Below are positions 25,866 to 36,096 of a stretch of 61,092 bases of DNA, in pieces. The notes below the pieces were generated by a model. That model saw only the letters and a list, made by a program, of their open reading frames with translations, did not search any database and was not told the origin of the DNA. Made by a program: the position numbers and the translations under genes. The number at the start of each line of letters is the position of its first letter. Position 1 is the stretch's first letter. Origin of the DNA: Chlamydiota bacterium (GTDB lineage: Bacteria; Chlamydiota; Chlamydiia; Chlamydiales; SM23-39); NCBI GenBank assembly GCA_027451585.1, contig DAIDIZ010000044.1:1-61092 (forward strand), in the 5' to 3' direction.

Positions 25866-25985
25866 TTTACTCGCTCGAGTCTAAAGTTACCTTAAGAAAA
25901 CCGAATTTGAAGCGTCAAATTCCCAGTAAAAATTTGACGCTTTAAACTCGGTTTTCTTAAGGTAACTTTAATTGGTGAATTGATA
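25866..25985. repeat. family A repeat, divergent copy with compensated arms
   Basis: CTAAAGTTACCTTAAGAAAACCGAATTTGAAGCGTCAAATT...AATTTGACGCTTTAAACTCGGTTTTCTTAAGGTAACTTTAA. Confidence 0.8.
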
Positions 25986-26063
25986 CGCTTGGCCTCCCAC
26001 CGTTGACTTTTTCTTTTCGAGTGTGAGACAATTTTCCTCTTCTGACCCCCCCAAAGAGGCCTT

Positions 26064-28697
26064 ATGCTTTCACAAAAAATCCGACGCGCTTTTCTCCATT
26101 ATTTTCATTCCCAAGGGCATGCGATCATCCCCTCTTCCCCCGTGATTCCTCATGATGATCCTACCCTTCTCTTCATCAATGCGGGAATGAACCAATTCAA
26201 AGACGTTTTCTTGGGTAAATCGAAAAGAGATTACACGCGAGCGACCACAACCCAAAAGTGTATCCGAGTCGGGGGCAAACACAATGACCTCGATAATGTG
26301 GGCCACACCTCCCGTCACCTCACATTCTTCGAAATGCTGGGCAATTTCTCCTTTGGCGATTATTTCAAAAAAGAGGCAATCGCGTTTGCCTGGGAGGTCT
26401 CAACGAAAATTTTTGAATTCCCGGAAGAGAAAATTTGGGTCTCGGTCTATAAAGACGATGATGAGGCTTTCGCTCTTTGGGAAAAACACATCCCATCAAA
26501 AAGAATTGTCCGGTTTGGAGAAAAGGAGAACTTTTGGGCGATGGGCGACACAGGACCTTGTGGTCCTTGCTCAGAACTCCTCTTTGACAGGGGGGAAATC
26601 TATGGAAAGGCGGAACATCCCAAGGACGATCTCTCAGGAGAGAGGTTCCTCGAGTTTTGGAATTTGGTCTTCATGCAATTCGAACGAGGTGGAGCTGGGA
26701 AAATGGTTCCTCTTCCTAAGCAATCGATTGACACGGGGGCGGGTCTCGAACGGGTGGTCTCCCTCAAAATGGGAGTCGATTCGGTGTTCCAAACCGATAT
26801 CCTCTACTCTCTTATTGCAGAGGTCGCACGAATTTCTCACAAAAAATATGTGAAAGAGGATCTCTCCCTCGCCCCCGCTTTCCATGTGATCGCCGATCAC
26901 ATCCGCAGCCTTTCGTTTGCGATTGCGGACGGCGTGATGCCGAGCAACACCGATCGGGGGTATGTGCTCCGCAAGATCTTGCGGAGAGCTGTCCGCTATG
27001 GGCGAACGCTGGGATTGCAACGGCCCTTTTTGGCAGATGTCCTCCCTCGCCTCGTTTCATTGATGGGCGAGGATTTCCCCGAGCTAAAAGAGGGGCAAAA
27101 TCGGATCGCTGAAATCTTGACTCTCGAGGAAGAGGGCTTTATCCGAACTCTCCTCAAAGGGGGGAATATCCTTCACCAAGTGATTGATCTTTCTCGCAAA
27201 ACGGGACAAAAGATCTCAGGCGATGATGCATTCAAACTCAAGGACACGTATGGCTTCCCCCTCGAAGAGATTGAGTTGATTGCCAAGGATGAACATCTCC
27301 ACGTTGATCTGTCTCGCTTCCACGTTCTCGAAGAAGAAGCAAAGGAAAAGTCGAGGAAAGCGCAAAAAAAAGTAGCTCAAACTTTTTCTCCTCATTTCTT
27401 CGAAGAATTCATGAAGGTACACCCTGCTTCCATTTTTGAGGGATATACTTGTTCCTCTCTCGATGCGAAAATTGTCGCAATTGTGTTGCAAGGCCGTTTT
27501 GTCGACTCTCTTGAAGCAGGCCAAGAGGGGATTCTCATCCTTGATCGAACCCCTTTCTATGCCGAGATGGGCGGACAGGTGGGTGATTCTGGAGAAATCA
27601 GCAGAGGAGAACATCTCTTCACAGTTGACGACACGTCCTCACCTTATCCAGGAGTGATCGCCCACACAGGGGTCATGAAACAGGGCAGCTTCAAAAAGGG
27701 AAGCTCCGTTCATGCAAGGATCGATCAGGAACGGCGCCAAGGGATCGAAAATAACCACACGGCTACCCACCTTCTTCATTTAGCCTTGGTCGAAGAATTG
27801 GGGCCTCATGTGAAACAAGCAGGCTCTCTAGTCGAACAAAATCGCCTCCGATTTGATTTTAATCACCATAAGTCAATCACGGCGAGAGAGTTGAGATCAA
27901 TTGAGGAGAGAGTAAACCAAAAAATCCGGACAGATCAAAAAGTTGAAATCTACTCGCTGAACTACGAGGAAGCGCAAAAGCGGAGCGACATCAAGCAATT
28001 CTTCGGAGAGAAATATGGATCTCAGGTGCGAGTCGTCGACATCTCTTTTTCGAAAGAACTCTGCGGAGGTACTCATACGTCGCGAGTCGGGACGATTGGC
28101 TTTTTCAAGATTGTGAAGGAAAGTAGCATCGCCGCCGGGTGTCGCCGAATTGAAGCTGTGACAGGAAAAGAGGCTGAAACGTTTGTACAAGAAGAGGAAG
28201 ATCTCCTCCAAATGATCGGGAAAGAGCTCAAAACCACTCCGCAAGGGGCATTTGAGAGAGTTCAGTCGCTTTTGAAGGAAAACGAAGAACTTTTCCAAAA
28301 ACTGAAAGGATATCGAAAACAGGAACTTGAAGGGTTCCTAAAAAACTGCCTGAAAACAAAAGAAGCCGTCGGGGCTTCCTTCTTTGTAGGGACTGAAGTC
28401 TCTCTTAGCGCAGAGGAAATTGTCCCCTTTGCAGAAGATTTAATGAAACACCTTTCCTCGGGTGTGGTGGCCTTGGGAGTCAATTTCGGAGATAAATGTC
28501 AACTCACCGTTGCCATTTCTTCTGATCTCGTAGCGAAAAATCTCCATGCCCAAACACTCATCAAAGAGGTGGCTTCCCTCATCCAAGGAGGGGGTGGAGG
28601 CCGGCCGAATCTGGCGCAGGCGGGAGGCAAGGAACCTAAGGGACTGAAAAATGCCATCGCATCCATTCACAAAGCGGTGGTCTCAGCGATCCAATGA
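26064..28697 (+). CDS. alaS: alanine--tRNA ligase
   Basis: The class II core has FTNAGMNQFKD-like NAGMNQFKDVF. The editing domain has HTATHLLH and CGGTH. A DHHA1 tail follows. Confidence 0.97.
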   Translation: MLSQKIRRAFLHYFHSQGHAIIPSSPVIPHDDPTLLFINAGMNQFKDVFLGKSKRDYTRATTTQKCIRVGGKHNDLDNVGHTSRHLTFFEMLGNFSFGDYFKKEAIAFAWEVSTKIFEFPEEKIWVSVYKDDDEAFALWEKHIPSKRIVRFGEKENFWAMGDTGPCGPCSELLFDRGEIYGKAEHPKDDLSGERFLEFWNLVFMQFERGGAGKMVPLPKQSIDTGAGLERVVSLKMGVDSVFQTDILYSLIAEVARISHKKYVKEDLSLAPAFHVIADHIRSLSFAIADGVMPSNTDRGYVLRKILRRAVRYGRTLGLQRPFLADVLPRLVSLMGEDFPELKEGQNRIAEILTLEEEGFIRTLLKGGNILHQVIDLSRKTGQKISGDDAFKLKDTYGFPLEEIELIAKDEHLHVDLSRFHVLEEEAKEKSRKAQKKVAQTFSPHFFEEFMKVHPASIFEGYTCSSLDAKIVAIVLQGRFVDSLEAGQEGILILDRTPFYAEMGGQVGDSGEISRGEHLFTVDDTSSPYPGVIAHTGVMKQGSFKKGSSVHARIDQERRQGIENNHTATHLLHLALVEELGPHVKQAGSLVEQNRLRFDFNHHKSITARELRSIEERVNQKIRTDQKVEIYSLNYEEAQKRSDIKQFFGEKYGSQVRVVDISFSKELCGGTHTSRVGTIGFFKIVKESSIAAGCRRIEAVTGKEAETFVQEEEDLLQMIGKELKTTPQGAFERVQSLLKENEELFQKLKGYRKQELEGFLKNCLKTKEAVGASFFVGTEVSLSAEEIVPFAEDLMKHLSSGVVALGVNFGDKCQLTVAISSDLVAKNLHAQTLIKEVASLIQGGGGGRPNLAQAGGKEPKGLKNAIASIHKAVVSAIQ

Positions 28698-31600
28698 AAC
28701 CGGTCTCGTCCCCTTCTCTTTCGGTCCTGCTAGAAAAAATCAAAGAGAAGTCCCACTCCCTTGTATTGGAGGGGCTCTGGGGATCGGCAAAAGCCTATCT
28801 TGCGACAGAAATCGTAAGGGCGTGTGGGCGATCAATTCTCCTTTTGACAGGAGGCGTTCGAGAGGACCGTCTCTTCCATGACCTTGCCTATTTCGCCCCT
28901 TCTCTTACTCTTGAATTTCCCGCATGGGAAACACTCCCGGGAGAAGAGATTCAGCCGAGTTGTGATATCTTAGGAAAACGGTTTGAAGCGCTTTATACCT
29001 TAGCCAAAAGAAAAGGGCCTTCTATTGTCCTCTGTCCACTGCCCTCCTTTTTGCAAAAAGTCCTCTCCAAAAAGAGCCTTTCCTCTTATTGCATCGAGTG
29101 GAAAATCGGAACGAAAATCGCCTTCCAAGAGATCCCCTCTTTGCTTTTGTCCCTTGGTTATAAAAGAGAAGCGATTGTCTCTGACAAGGGACAATTTGCC
29201 TTGCGTGGAGGCATCGTCGATCTATTCCCTGCATCTGCTACCGACCCCTACCGGGTCGATTTTTTTGATGATGAGATCGATGCGATTCGCACCTTTGATC
29301 CGATCGGCCAAAAATCAAATCAGAAGGTAGACAGACTTTTTCTCTCCCCCGCACAAGAACTCCCCCTTTTGCAAAAAGAAAGTTCACTTCTGGGGATTGA
29401 AGATTTTTTAGAAGAGCCGATCCTTTTCTGGGATGATCTCCTCTCGATTGAAGATGCTTATGTCTCTTTAAAAGAAATGCCTGGGGCAAAATCGCCTTTC
29501 TTCGCCTCTTTTGGAGAGAAGCTTGCAAAATTCAGAGGCCACCTTTTTTGCTCGAATGAATCAATCGAACAATTCTCTGCAAAAAAACACAAACGGGGCA
29601 CCTCACCTCTTTTTCAGTCGATCTCGTTTGCCCTTCTCAACCAAACATTTGAAGCGGAGCGCTTCTTCCATCCCTTTCGGAAAATCGGTGAAGAGCTTCC
29701 CCCTTCTGTTCTGTGCGTCGCCCCCAATGAGACCGACCATGAGGAGATGAAAAAGAAACACGCAGAGCTCACCACCGCCCCCTTTCAGATCGGCTCCCTG
29801 AGTGGCGGATTTGTGATTGAAGATGGATCCTTTGCTCTGCTCTCTTATGCCGATGTTTCGGGGAAAGCTCCCATCAGGCGACAAAAATGGAGAAGTTCTC
29901 ACCACACACCTCCTTCTGAATTTCACCATCTCCAAGCAGGCGATCTAGTCGTCCACTTCCACAGCGGAATCGGCAAGTATCTGGGGCTAGAAAAGCAAAA
30001 AAACCACCTGGGCGTCGAAACTGAATTCCTGATCCTCGAGTACGCCGGGCAAAGCAAACTCTTCGTCCCACTCTCCCAAAGCCATCTCGTCTCTCGCTAC
30101 ATCGGGGCCAAAGAAGAGAGGCCCCCGTTAAGTGAGCTTGGGACCAAGCGGTGGCAAAAGGTGCGCGACCATGCGACAAGCCAAATTGTAGGCTATGCGC
30201 ACGATCTTCTCCAAGCACAAGCCGAAAGGGTCTTCCGAGGAGGATTCATCTATCCGCCGGATGGGCCTCTGATGGAGCAATTTGAAAAAGATTTTCCCTA
30301 CATCGAAACCGAAGATCAGCTCCTCTCGATCCGAGCCATTAAAGAAGACATGCGCTCCGAAAAACCGATGGATCGGCTCATCTGCGGCGACGTCGGATAC
30401 GGGAAAACGGAAGTAGCTATGCGGGCCGCTTGCAAAGCGGTGGTCGACGGAGGGAAACAAGTCGCAGTCCTTGTTCCCACCACCGTCTTAGCGATGCAAC
30501 ACTTCGACACCTTTTCCCAGAGGATGGCCCCCTTTCCGATCAAAGTGGACGTTGTGTCGCGCTTCCGAACGGCCAAACAATCCAAAGAGACCCTCGAAAA
30601 AGTTTACCTTGGGCAAGTGGATGTCTTGATTGGGACCCATCGCCTCCTTTCTCAAGACGTGAAATTCAAAGATTTAGGGCTCATCATCATCGATGAAGAA
30701 CAGCGATTTGGGGTCCGCTCCAAAGAACACCTCAAAAAGCTCAAAACGGGGGTCGACTGCCTCACCCTATCTGCCACTCCCATCCCGAGAACTCTCTACA
30801 TGTCGCTCATCCATGCGCGCGAAATGTCGGTGATCCATACCCCACCCCAAGACCGCCTCCCGATCAAAACGATCATCGCCGAGACCGAGCACAGCCTCAT
30901 CCAAAACGCCCTCATGCGCGAATTTTCGAGAGGCGGTCAAGCATTTTATATCCACAACCGAGTCGAGACCATCTACGGGAGAGCAGAAGAGATCCAAAAA
31001 CTCGTTCCTCAGGCAAGAGTCGCCGTCGTCCACGGACAAATGGATTCCGATGAAATCGATTCCATTTTTCACCGGTTCAAAGAAGGAGGGCTCGATCTCC
31101 TCTTTGCCACCACCATTATTGAAAACGGGATCGACGTACCCAACGCCAATACCATTTTGATCGACAGGGCTGACACCTATGGCCTGGCCGACCTCTACCA
31201 ACTCCGAGGGCGCGTCGGTAGATGGAACCGAGCCGCCTACGCCTACTTCCTTATCCCGAGACATGTGCGACTGACGGAAGTTGCCCAAAAACGACTCTCC
31301 GCCCTTGCCGAATCAAGCGGCTACGGAGGAGGGATGAAAGTGGCTATGCGCGATCTCGAGATCCGAGGCGCCGGAGATATTCTCGGCGTACAACAATCAG
31401 GACAAGTCTCAGCAATCGGCTTTCATCTTTATTGCAAACTCCTCAAAAAAGCAATTGACGCCCTCAAACACAAAAAACCGATCTCCTTCTACGAGACCAA
31501 AATGGAGTTTTCCTTTTCAGCCTACTTTCCTGGCAACTACATCTCCGATGTTTCCATTCGGATGGAACTCTACTACCGACTCGGAGAAGTGGGCACTCTG

Positions 31601-31867
31601 GAAGCTGTCGACGATCTCTTTGCCGAAATTGAAGATCGGTTTGGCCCCTGGCCCGAACCGGTCGTCTTCCTCTACCACCTTTCCCGGATCCGCGTCTTTG
31701 CCGCAGAAAAAGGGATCATCTCTCTCAAATTTGGAACCCTTTCGATCACGGCAGAAAAGCAGATGGGCAAAGAGACAAAAACCCACACCTTTTTAATGCC
31801 CAAAAAAATGCAGCATCCTTCTCTTTTAGAAAAACATGTGACGGAAGCTCTCAGCACAAAACTGTAA
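28694..31867 (+). CDS. mfd: transcription-repair coupling factor
   Basis: UvrB-like N-terminus, CarD/RID region, a helicase core (GDVGYGKTEVAMRA, DEEQRFG, QLRGRVGR), and a TRCF C-terminus. The ATGA overlaps alaS. Confidence 0.97.
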   Translation: MKPVSSPSLSVLLEKIKEKSHSLVLEGLWGSAKAYLATEIVRACGRSILLLTGGVREDRLFHDLAYFAPSLTLEFPAWETLPGEEIQPSCDILGKRFEALYTLAKRKGPSIVLCPLPSFLQKVLSKKSLSSYCIEWKIGTKIAFQEIPSLLLSLGYKREAIVSDKGQFALRGGIVDLFPASATDPYRVDFFDDEIDAIRTFDPIGQKSNQKVDRLFLSPAQELPLLQKESSLLGIEDFLEEPILFWDDLLSIEDAYVSLKEMPGAKSPFFASFGEKLAKFRGHLFCSNESIEQFSAKKHKRGTSPLFQSISFALLNQTFEAERFFHPFRKIGEELPPSVLCVAPNETDHEEMKKKHAELTTAPFQIGSLSGGFVIEDGSFALLSYADVSGKAPIRRQKWRSSHHTPPSEFHHLQAGDLVVHFHSGIGKYLGLEKQKNHLGVETEFLILEYAGQSKLFVPLSQSHLVSRYIGAKEERPPLSELGTKRWQKVRDHATSQIVGYAHDLLQAQAERVFRGGFIYPPDGPLMEQFEKDFPYIETEDQLLSIRAIKEDMRSEKPMDRLICGDVGYGKTEVAMRAACKAVVDGGKQVAVLVPTTVLAMQHFDTFSQRMAPFPIKVDVVSRFRTAKQSKETLEKVYLGQVDVLIGTHRLLSQDVKFKDLGLIIIDEEQRFGVRSKEHLKKLKTGVDCLTLSATPIPRTLYMSLIHAREMSVIHTPPQDRLPIKTIIAETEHSLIQNALMREFSRGGQAFYIHNRVETIYGRAEEIQKLVPQARVAVVHGQMDSDEIDSIFHRFKEGGLDLLFATTIIENGIDVPNANTILIDRADTYGLADLYQLRGRVGRWNRAAYAYFLIPRHVRLTEVAQKRLSALAESSGYGGGMKVAMRDLEIRGAGDILGVQQSGQVSAIGFHLYCKLLKKAIDALKHKKPISFYETKMEFSFSAYFPGNYISDVSIRMELYYRLGEVGTLEAVDDLFAEIEDRFGPWPEPVVFLYHLSRIRVFAAEKGIISLKFGTLSITAEKQMGKETKTHTFLMPKKMQHPSLLEKHVTEALSTKL

Positions 31868-31872
31868 CGACG

Positions 31873-31895
31873 ATATCCGAAATGATTCAACAGCG
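31873..31895. repeat. family B repeat, degenerate half copy
   Basis: ATATCCGAAATGATTCAACAGCG, located 6 nt after the mfd stop. Confidence 0.45.
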
Positions 31896-32034
31896 TGGAA
31901 GTTCCCTACCGGGGATGGTTATGGATAGGAATCGTGCCGGAGAGCAATTTTACCTTGGAATTTAGCCAAAAGTACGACATATTTGGGTTGTAAAACAACC
32001 AAAAACCACCCATTTACACCTTGGAAAATAGCCA

Positions 32035-32557
32035 TGTTCAAGAGAATCATAGACTTCCATCTCGACCTCTGGAGAGTGGATCCTTTCCGAAAACCTCTTC
32101 TTTTGCGAGGAGCTAGGCAGGTGGGGAAAACTTATGCTGTCAGGCGATTGGGGGGGGCAGTTTTAATTCCTTTGTCGAACTTAATTTTGAAAAGTATGCG
32201 AGAAAGGCTCAGGTGAAGTATCTGGAATTGTTGTTTCGGCAGATTCCTCATCTTGTCGGCAAAGGTTTTTCCTATCGAGAAATTCATGGCGAATGCTGAA
32301 CTCCATTTCTGGAAAAGAAAGTCGATTATCTCATTCAAAGAGACGGAAAAATCCTTCCGATTGAAGTGAAAAGTGGACACGGAAATAGGTTGAGGAGCCT
32401 TCACCTCTTTTTGGAAACACACCCGAAATCAACCTCTGGGATCCGGTTTTCTTGTCTGAACTACTCTTTAATCAATAGGGTTGATTCAAGACCTCTCTAT
32501 GCAGCAGCGAGCTTGGCAGATCCGATTCAAAAAGAGGCCCTTATCCGTTTATGCTGA
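32035..32557 (+). pseudogene. decayed AAA+ ATPase (AAA_14/DUF4143-type) gene with frameshift at a G8 tract and a large internal deletion
   Basis: Reads MFKRIIDFHLDLWRVDPFRKPLLLRGARQVGKTYAVRRLG, then a G8 run at about 32150-32157. ELNFEKYA follows in another frame. The C-terminal fragment is DYLIQRDGKILPIEVKSGHG...RPLYAA. Confidence 0.65.
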
Positions 32558-33769
32558 ACGACTATGGATCACTTTAGGAGGTTTGCTCCCTTCAACCGCT
32601 TGATGATCTACAATCACCTCTTTGATCGTTGGATCAGAAGGAATCTCAAACATGAGGTCGCGCAAAATCCCTTCCACAATCATCCGGAGAGCTCTTGCTC
32701 CTGTGCCTGTCTCTTTCGCCTTTTTGGCCATCGCAAGGAGGGCCTCTTCGGTGAAATCGAGCTTCACATTCTCCTCAGCAAACATGGCCACGTATTGCTT
32801 GATGACTGCGTTTTTGGGGCGGACAAGGATTTCCACGAGATCTTGGGTCGTCAGTTCATTGCAGTTGGCGATGCTATTGAAACGGCCCACAAACTCGGGG
32901 ATCATCCCAAAGCTCACCAAGTCTTCTGACTCCACTTTGGAAAGGAGGAAATTGGTATCTTGGGCATCCAGAGAGCGCTTGGTCGCCGCGTCAAATCCGA
33001 TCGTACTCTTTCCAAGGCGTTTAGCAATCATTTTATCGAGATGGACAAACGCTCCGCCTACGATGAAGAGGATGTTCTGGGTATTGACCTTGATGTACTC
33101 TTGATTGGGGTGCTTTCTTCCCCCTTTAGGAGGGACGTTCGCTACAGTCCCTTCGACGATCTTCAAGAGCGCCTGTTGTACCCCTTCGCCCGATACGTCG
33201 CGGGTGATCGATACGTTAGAGGTGGTTTTTCGAATCTTATCAATCTCATCGACGTAAATAATCCCGTGCTCGGCTTTGGCGACATCGTAATCGGCCGCTT
33301 GAAGAAGGCGCAAGATGATGTTCTCCACATCTTCCCCTACGTAACCAGCCTCTGTGAGAGTCGTCGCATCAGAGATGGCAAAGGGCACATCGAGAATCGT
33401 CGCAAGCGTTCGGGCGAGAAGAGTCTTGCCAGAACCCGTGGGCCCAATCAACATGACGTTTGATTTGCTGTACTCCACATCGGATTGCTTGGAGAGAGAC
33501 CGAATCCTTTTGTAGTGGTTGTAAACGGCCACCGCAATGGTCCTCTTCGCCGCCTCTTGCCCAATGATGTACTCGTCAAAATGAGCCTTGATCTCTTTGG
33601 GCTTCAATAGCTTCATCTCATAAGAGACCGGCTTTTTCTGCACAATATCGACACAAAGACCAACGCATTTGTCACAGATGTAAGCGCTCGGCCCAGAAAT
33701 GAGCTTATCTACGGTATCTTCTGTTCTTCCACAAAAAGAGCAACTGGGGAGTTCTGTTTTCTTACTCAT
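32549..33769 (-). CDS. clpX: ATP-dependent Clp protease ATP-binding subunit ClpX
   Basis: Zinc finger CSFCGR...CDKC, Walker [12 protein letters not shown], and Walker [11 protein letters not shown]. Confidence 0.97.
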   Translation of the reverse strand: MSKKTELPSCSFCGRTEDTVDKLISGPSAYICDKCVGLCVDIVQKKPVSYEMKLLKPKEIKAHFDEYIIGQEAAKRTIAVAVYNHYKRIRSLSKQSDVEYSKSNVMLIGPTGSGKTLLARTLATILDVPFAISDATTLTEAGYVGEDVENIILRLLQAADYDVAKAEHGIIYVDEIDKIRKTTSNVSITRDVSGEGVQQALLKIVEGTVANVPPKGGRKHPNQEYIKVNTQNILFIVGGAFVHLDKMIAKRLGKSTIGFDAATKRSLDAQDTNFLLSKVESEDLVSFGMIPEFVGRFNSIANCNELTTQDLVEILVRPKNAVIKQYVAMFAEENVKLDFTEEALLAMAKKAKETGTGARALRMIVEGILRDLMFEIPSDPTIKEVIVDHQAVEGSKPPKVIHSRSA

Positions 33770-33770
33770 C

Positions 33771-34409
33771 TTAGGTCATCGCCTGTAATTCAGGGGTTTT
33801 GGGGGCAGGAGAAGAGGGTCCCGTGGAAGTGGGGGGTCTTGCAATCTGATCGACAATTCCGTAGTTCAAGGCCCCCTCAGGATCCATATGAAAATCCCTC
33901 TCGGAATCTTCATAAATTTTCTCCAGAGGCTGCCCCGTAAAACGAGACATCAGGCTCGCTGTAATTCTCTTGAGCTCGAGAATCTCTTTGGCTTGCAAGG
34001 AGATATCTTCAGAAGTCCCCATTACACCACCGTAGGGTTGGTGAATCATGATTCTGCTGTGAGGGAGAGCAAACCGCTTCCCCTTAGTTCCAGCGGCAAG
34101 GAGAAGCGCCGCCATTGAGGCCGCTTGTCCTATGCAGTAGGTATTGATATCACAACCAAGGAACAACATCGTATCGAGAATGGCAAGCCCGGCGGTGATA
34201 TGCCCTCCCGCAGAATTGATGTAGAGATTGATGTCCTTTTTCGGATCTTCCATCTTTAAAAAGAGAAGCTGGGCTACAACCACATTGGCCACCTGATCGG
34301 TAATATCGGTTCCGATAAAAATGATGCGGTCTTTGAGAAGACGAGAGTAAATATCCATCGAACGCTCGCCGCGTCCAGTATCTTCAATCACATAGGGGGT
34401 TAGGGACAT
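33771..34409 (-). CDS. clpP: ATP-dependent Clp protease proteolytic subunit
   Basis: Contains [22 protein letters not shown] (catalytic Ser) and IMIHQP (His). Confidence 0.97.
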   Translation of the reverse strand: MSLTPYVIEDTGRGERSMDIYSRLLKDRIIFIGTDITDQVANVVVAQLLFLKMEDPKKDINLYINSAGGHITAGLAILDTMLFLGCDINTYCIGQAASMAALLLAAGTKGKRFALPHSRIMIHQPYGGVMGTSEDISLQAKEILELKRITASLMSRFTGQPLEKIYEDSERDFHMDPEGALNYGIVDQIARPPTSTGPSSPAPKTPELQAMT

Positions 34410-34497
34410 AAGAAAAAAGGCCTCCTTCTAACCTATTGCTCCCTCATAAGAGAGCAACAGACTCCTTCGTAAAGGTATCGAATTTTCCTCTCTGTAG

Positions 34498-35811
34498 TCA
34501 AGTCTTTTGAGAGAGAATCCAAGACTGCGCTTTTTGCAAGAGGAGCGTTGAAAGAGCTAGAGCGTACTCCTCTCTTGTTATTTCTCCCGCTTGAGCACCT
34601 CGTCCAAAATGGGTTAGCTCCCGCTTTTCCAGGGCAGAATCCAAGATCTCTTCATTAGAGATGGTCAATTTTGCATCTTTTACAATCTCTCTTGAAAGAT
34701 AAAAGAGGCGAATGGACCGTTCCGCATCTTGGAAAATCCTCTCTTTCGGCTGTTTTTTCTCATTTTCCGAACCGTTCATAAAGTCTTGTCGCTTAGACAT
34801 TTCTTCATAACGGTGTTTCCACTCGGCTTCAACTAAAGAGCGGGGGATATCAAATACATACTGAGTGACAAGGAAATGATTGACCTGTTCTTCGAGATCT
34901 TTTTTCGCTTTATCTTCCACCTGTTTGGCAAGAGAGCCTTTCACAAGTTCGTGCATAGCGGCCACGTTTGGGGCGCCCACTTTCTTTGCAAACTCGTCAT
35001 CTATCGGGGGTAAAAAGGCTTTTTCCACTTTGACGATAGAGACCCGAACCTTCTTCGGTAGGAATTCCTTTTTCTCTTCTTCGGAAGCATCCTCATCTGG
35101 CGCACTCATTCCCTCGACGACATCGCCTACCCTGGCATTCAGCACAAGATCGCGCATCCATTTAGCCATCCTCTCTGGATTCACTTCAAAGCGGACCTCA
35201 TGGAACACTCTTTCGACCTTTTCTTCCTCGATTGTATCGAGATTGATCAAGATAAAATCACCCGAATCAACGGCCCGATCCTCAACCGATTCCCATTTAG
35301 CAAAGAAAAAGGCCATTTGCCGAATCGCCTCTTCAACCTCTTTTTCTCCGACCACTTTCTTTTCAACAGGTTGTAAATGGAAGAGAGCCGGGTCAACGGA
35401 AGGAACCTCAGGATCGGTCTCAAATCGGTAGCGAAGGGAGGCTCCCTGATCATCAAGCTTCTGCAACTCGAAGGAAACCGGAGAATTTTGATTCAAAACA
35501 GGGACATTAGCCACCTTCTGCGCCTCGACAAAAGCGAGATCGGCCAGCTCTTTTTCGAGCTGTTTGGCTACATCATAAGGAAATTTTTGCAAAACAAGAG
35601 CACCCGGCGCCTTCCCCTTTCGAAAACCGGGGAGAGTCACTTCCTTGGTCACCAACTTGATCGCCTGGCTACGGGCCTTTTGGATCAAAGAAGGGTTCAC
35701 CTGGACAGAAAGTTCGACACGACAGGGGGGGATTTTTTGAACCAACACACGGACAGAGTCGCCGATGAGTTCTTGAGAATCAGATGGATGAGGTATGTGC
35801 ACTTGAAACAC
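34498..35811 (-). CDS. tig: trigger factor
   Basis: Has the GFRKGKAP ribosome-binding signature in a 437-aa three-domain layout upstream of clpP-clpX. GTG start, and the exact start is uncertain. Confidence 0.9.
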   Translation of the reverse strand: MFQVHIPHPSDSQELIGDSVRVLVQKIPPCRVELSVQVNPSLIQKARSQAIKLVTKEVTLPGFRKGKAPGALVLQKFPYDVAKQLEKELADLAFVEAQKVANVPVLNQNSPVSFELQKLDDQGASLRYRFETDPEVPSVDPALFHLQPVEKKVVGEKEVEEAIRQMAFFFAKWESVEDRAVDSGDFILINLDTIEEEKVERVFHEVRFEVNPERMAKWMRDLVLNARVGDVVEGMSAPDEDASEEEKKEFLPKKVRVSIVKVEKAFLPPIDDEFAKKVGAPNVAAMHELVKGSLAKQVEDKAKKDLEEQVNHFLVTQYVFDIPRSLVEAEWKHRYEEMSKRQDFMNGSENEKKQPKERIFQDAERSIRLFYLSREIVKDAKLTISNEEILDSALEKRELTHFGRGAQAGEITREEYALALSTLLLQKAQSWILSQKT

Positions 35812-35830
35812 TCCAGATTGAAAAGCAGAT

Positions 35831-35902
35831 AGCGGGCGATGAGATTCGAACCCACGACCCTCACGTTGGCAACGTGATGCTCTACCACTGAGCTACGCCC
35901 GC
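35831..35902 (-). tRNA. tRNA-Gly (anticodon GCC), CCA not encoded
   Basis: I folded the cloverleaf by hand: acceptor GCGGGCG/CGCCCGC, D arm GCTC-AGTGGTA-GAGC, anticodon arm TCACG-TTGCCAA-CGTGA, T arm GTGGG-TTCGAAT-CTCAT, discriminator U. Confidence 0.93.
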
Positions 35903-36017
35903 ATGTTAAAGGTCACGAGTATAAGGCAGCGAACCGTTTTTTGCAATTCTGTTTTTTGAGCTATGATTCATATCGGCCCTGGAAGGACCGAGTTTTCTTC
36001 AGCGAACGATCCTATCT

Positions 36018-36086
36018 ATCTCGACTTTGTACATTTTTTGAACGCACTCTCCGGAGATTCCGGCAAAAAATGTACAAAGTCGAGAT
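36018..36086. repeat. family C palindromic repeat, full copy (69 bp)
   Basis: ATCTCGACTTTGTACATTTTTT...AAAAAATGTACAAAGTCGAGAT. The 22-bp arms are perfect and the spacer is 25 bp. Confidence 0.9.
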
Positions 36087-36096
36087 CTATCAAAAA

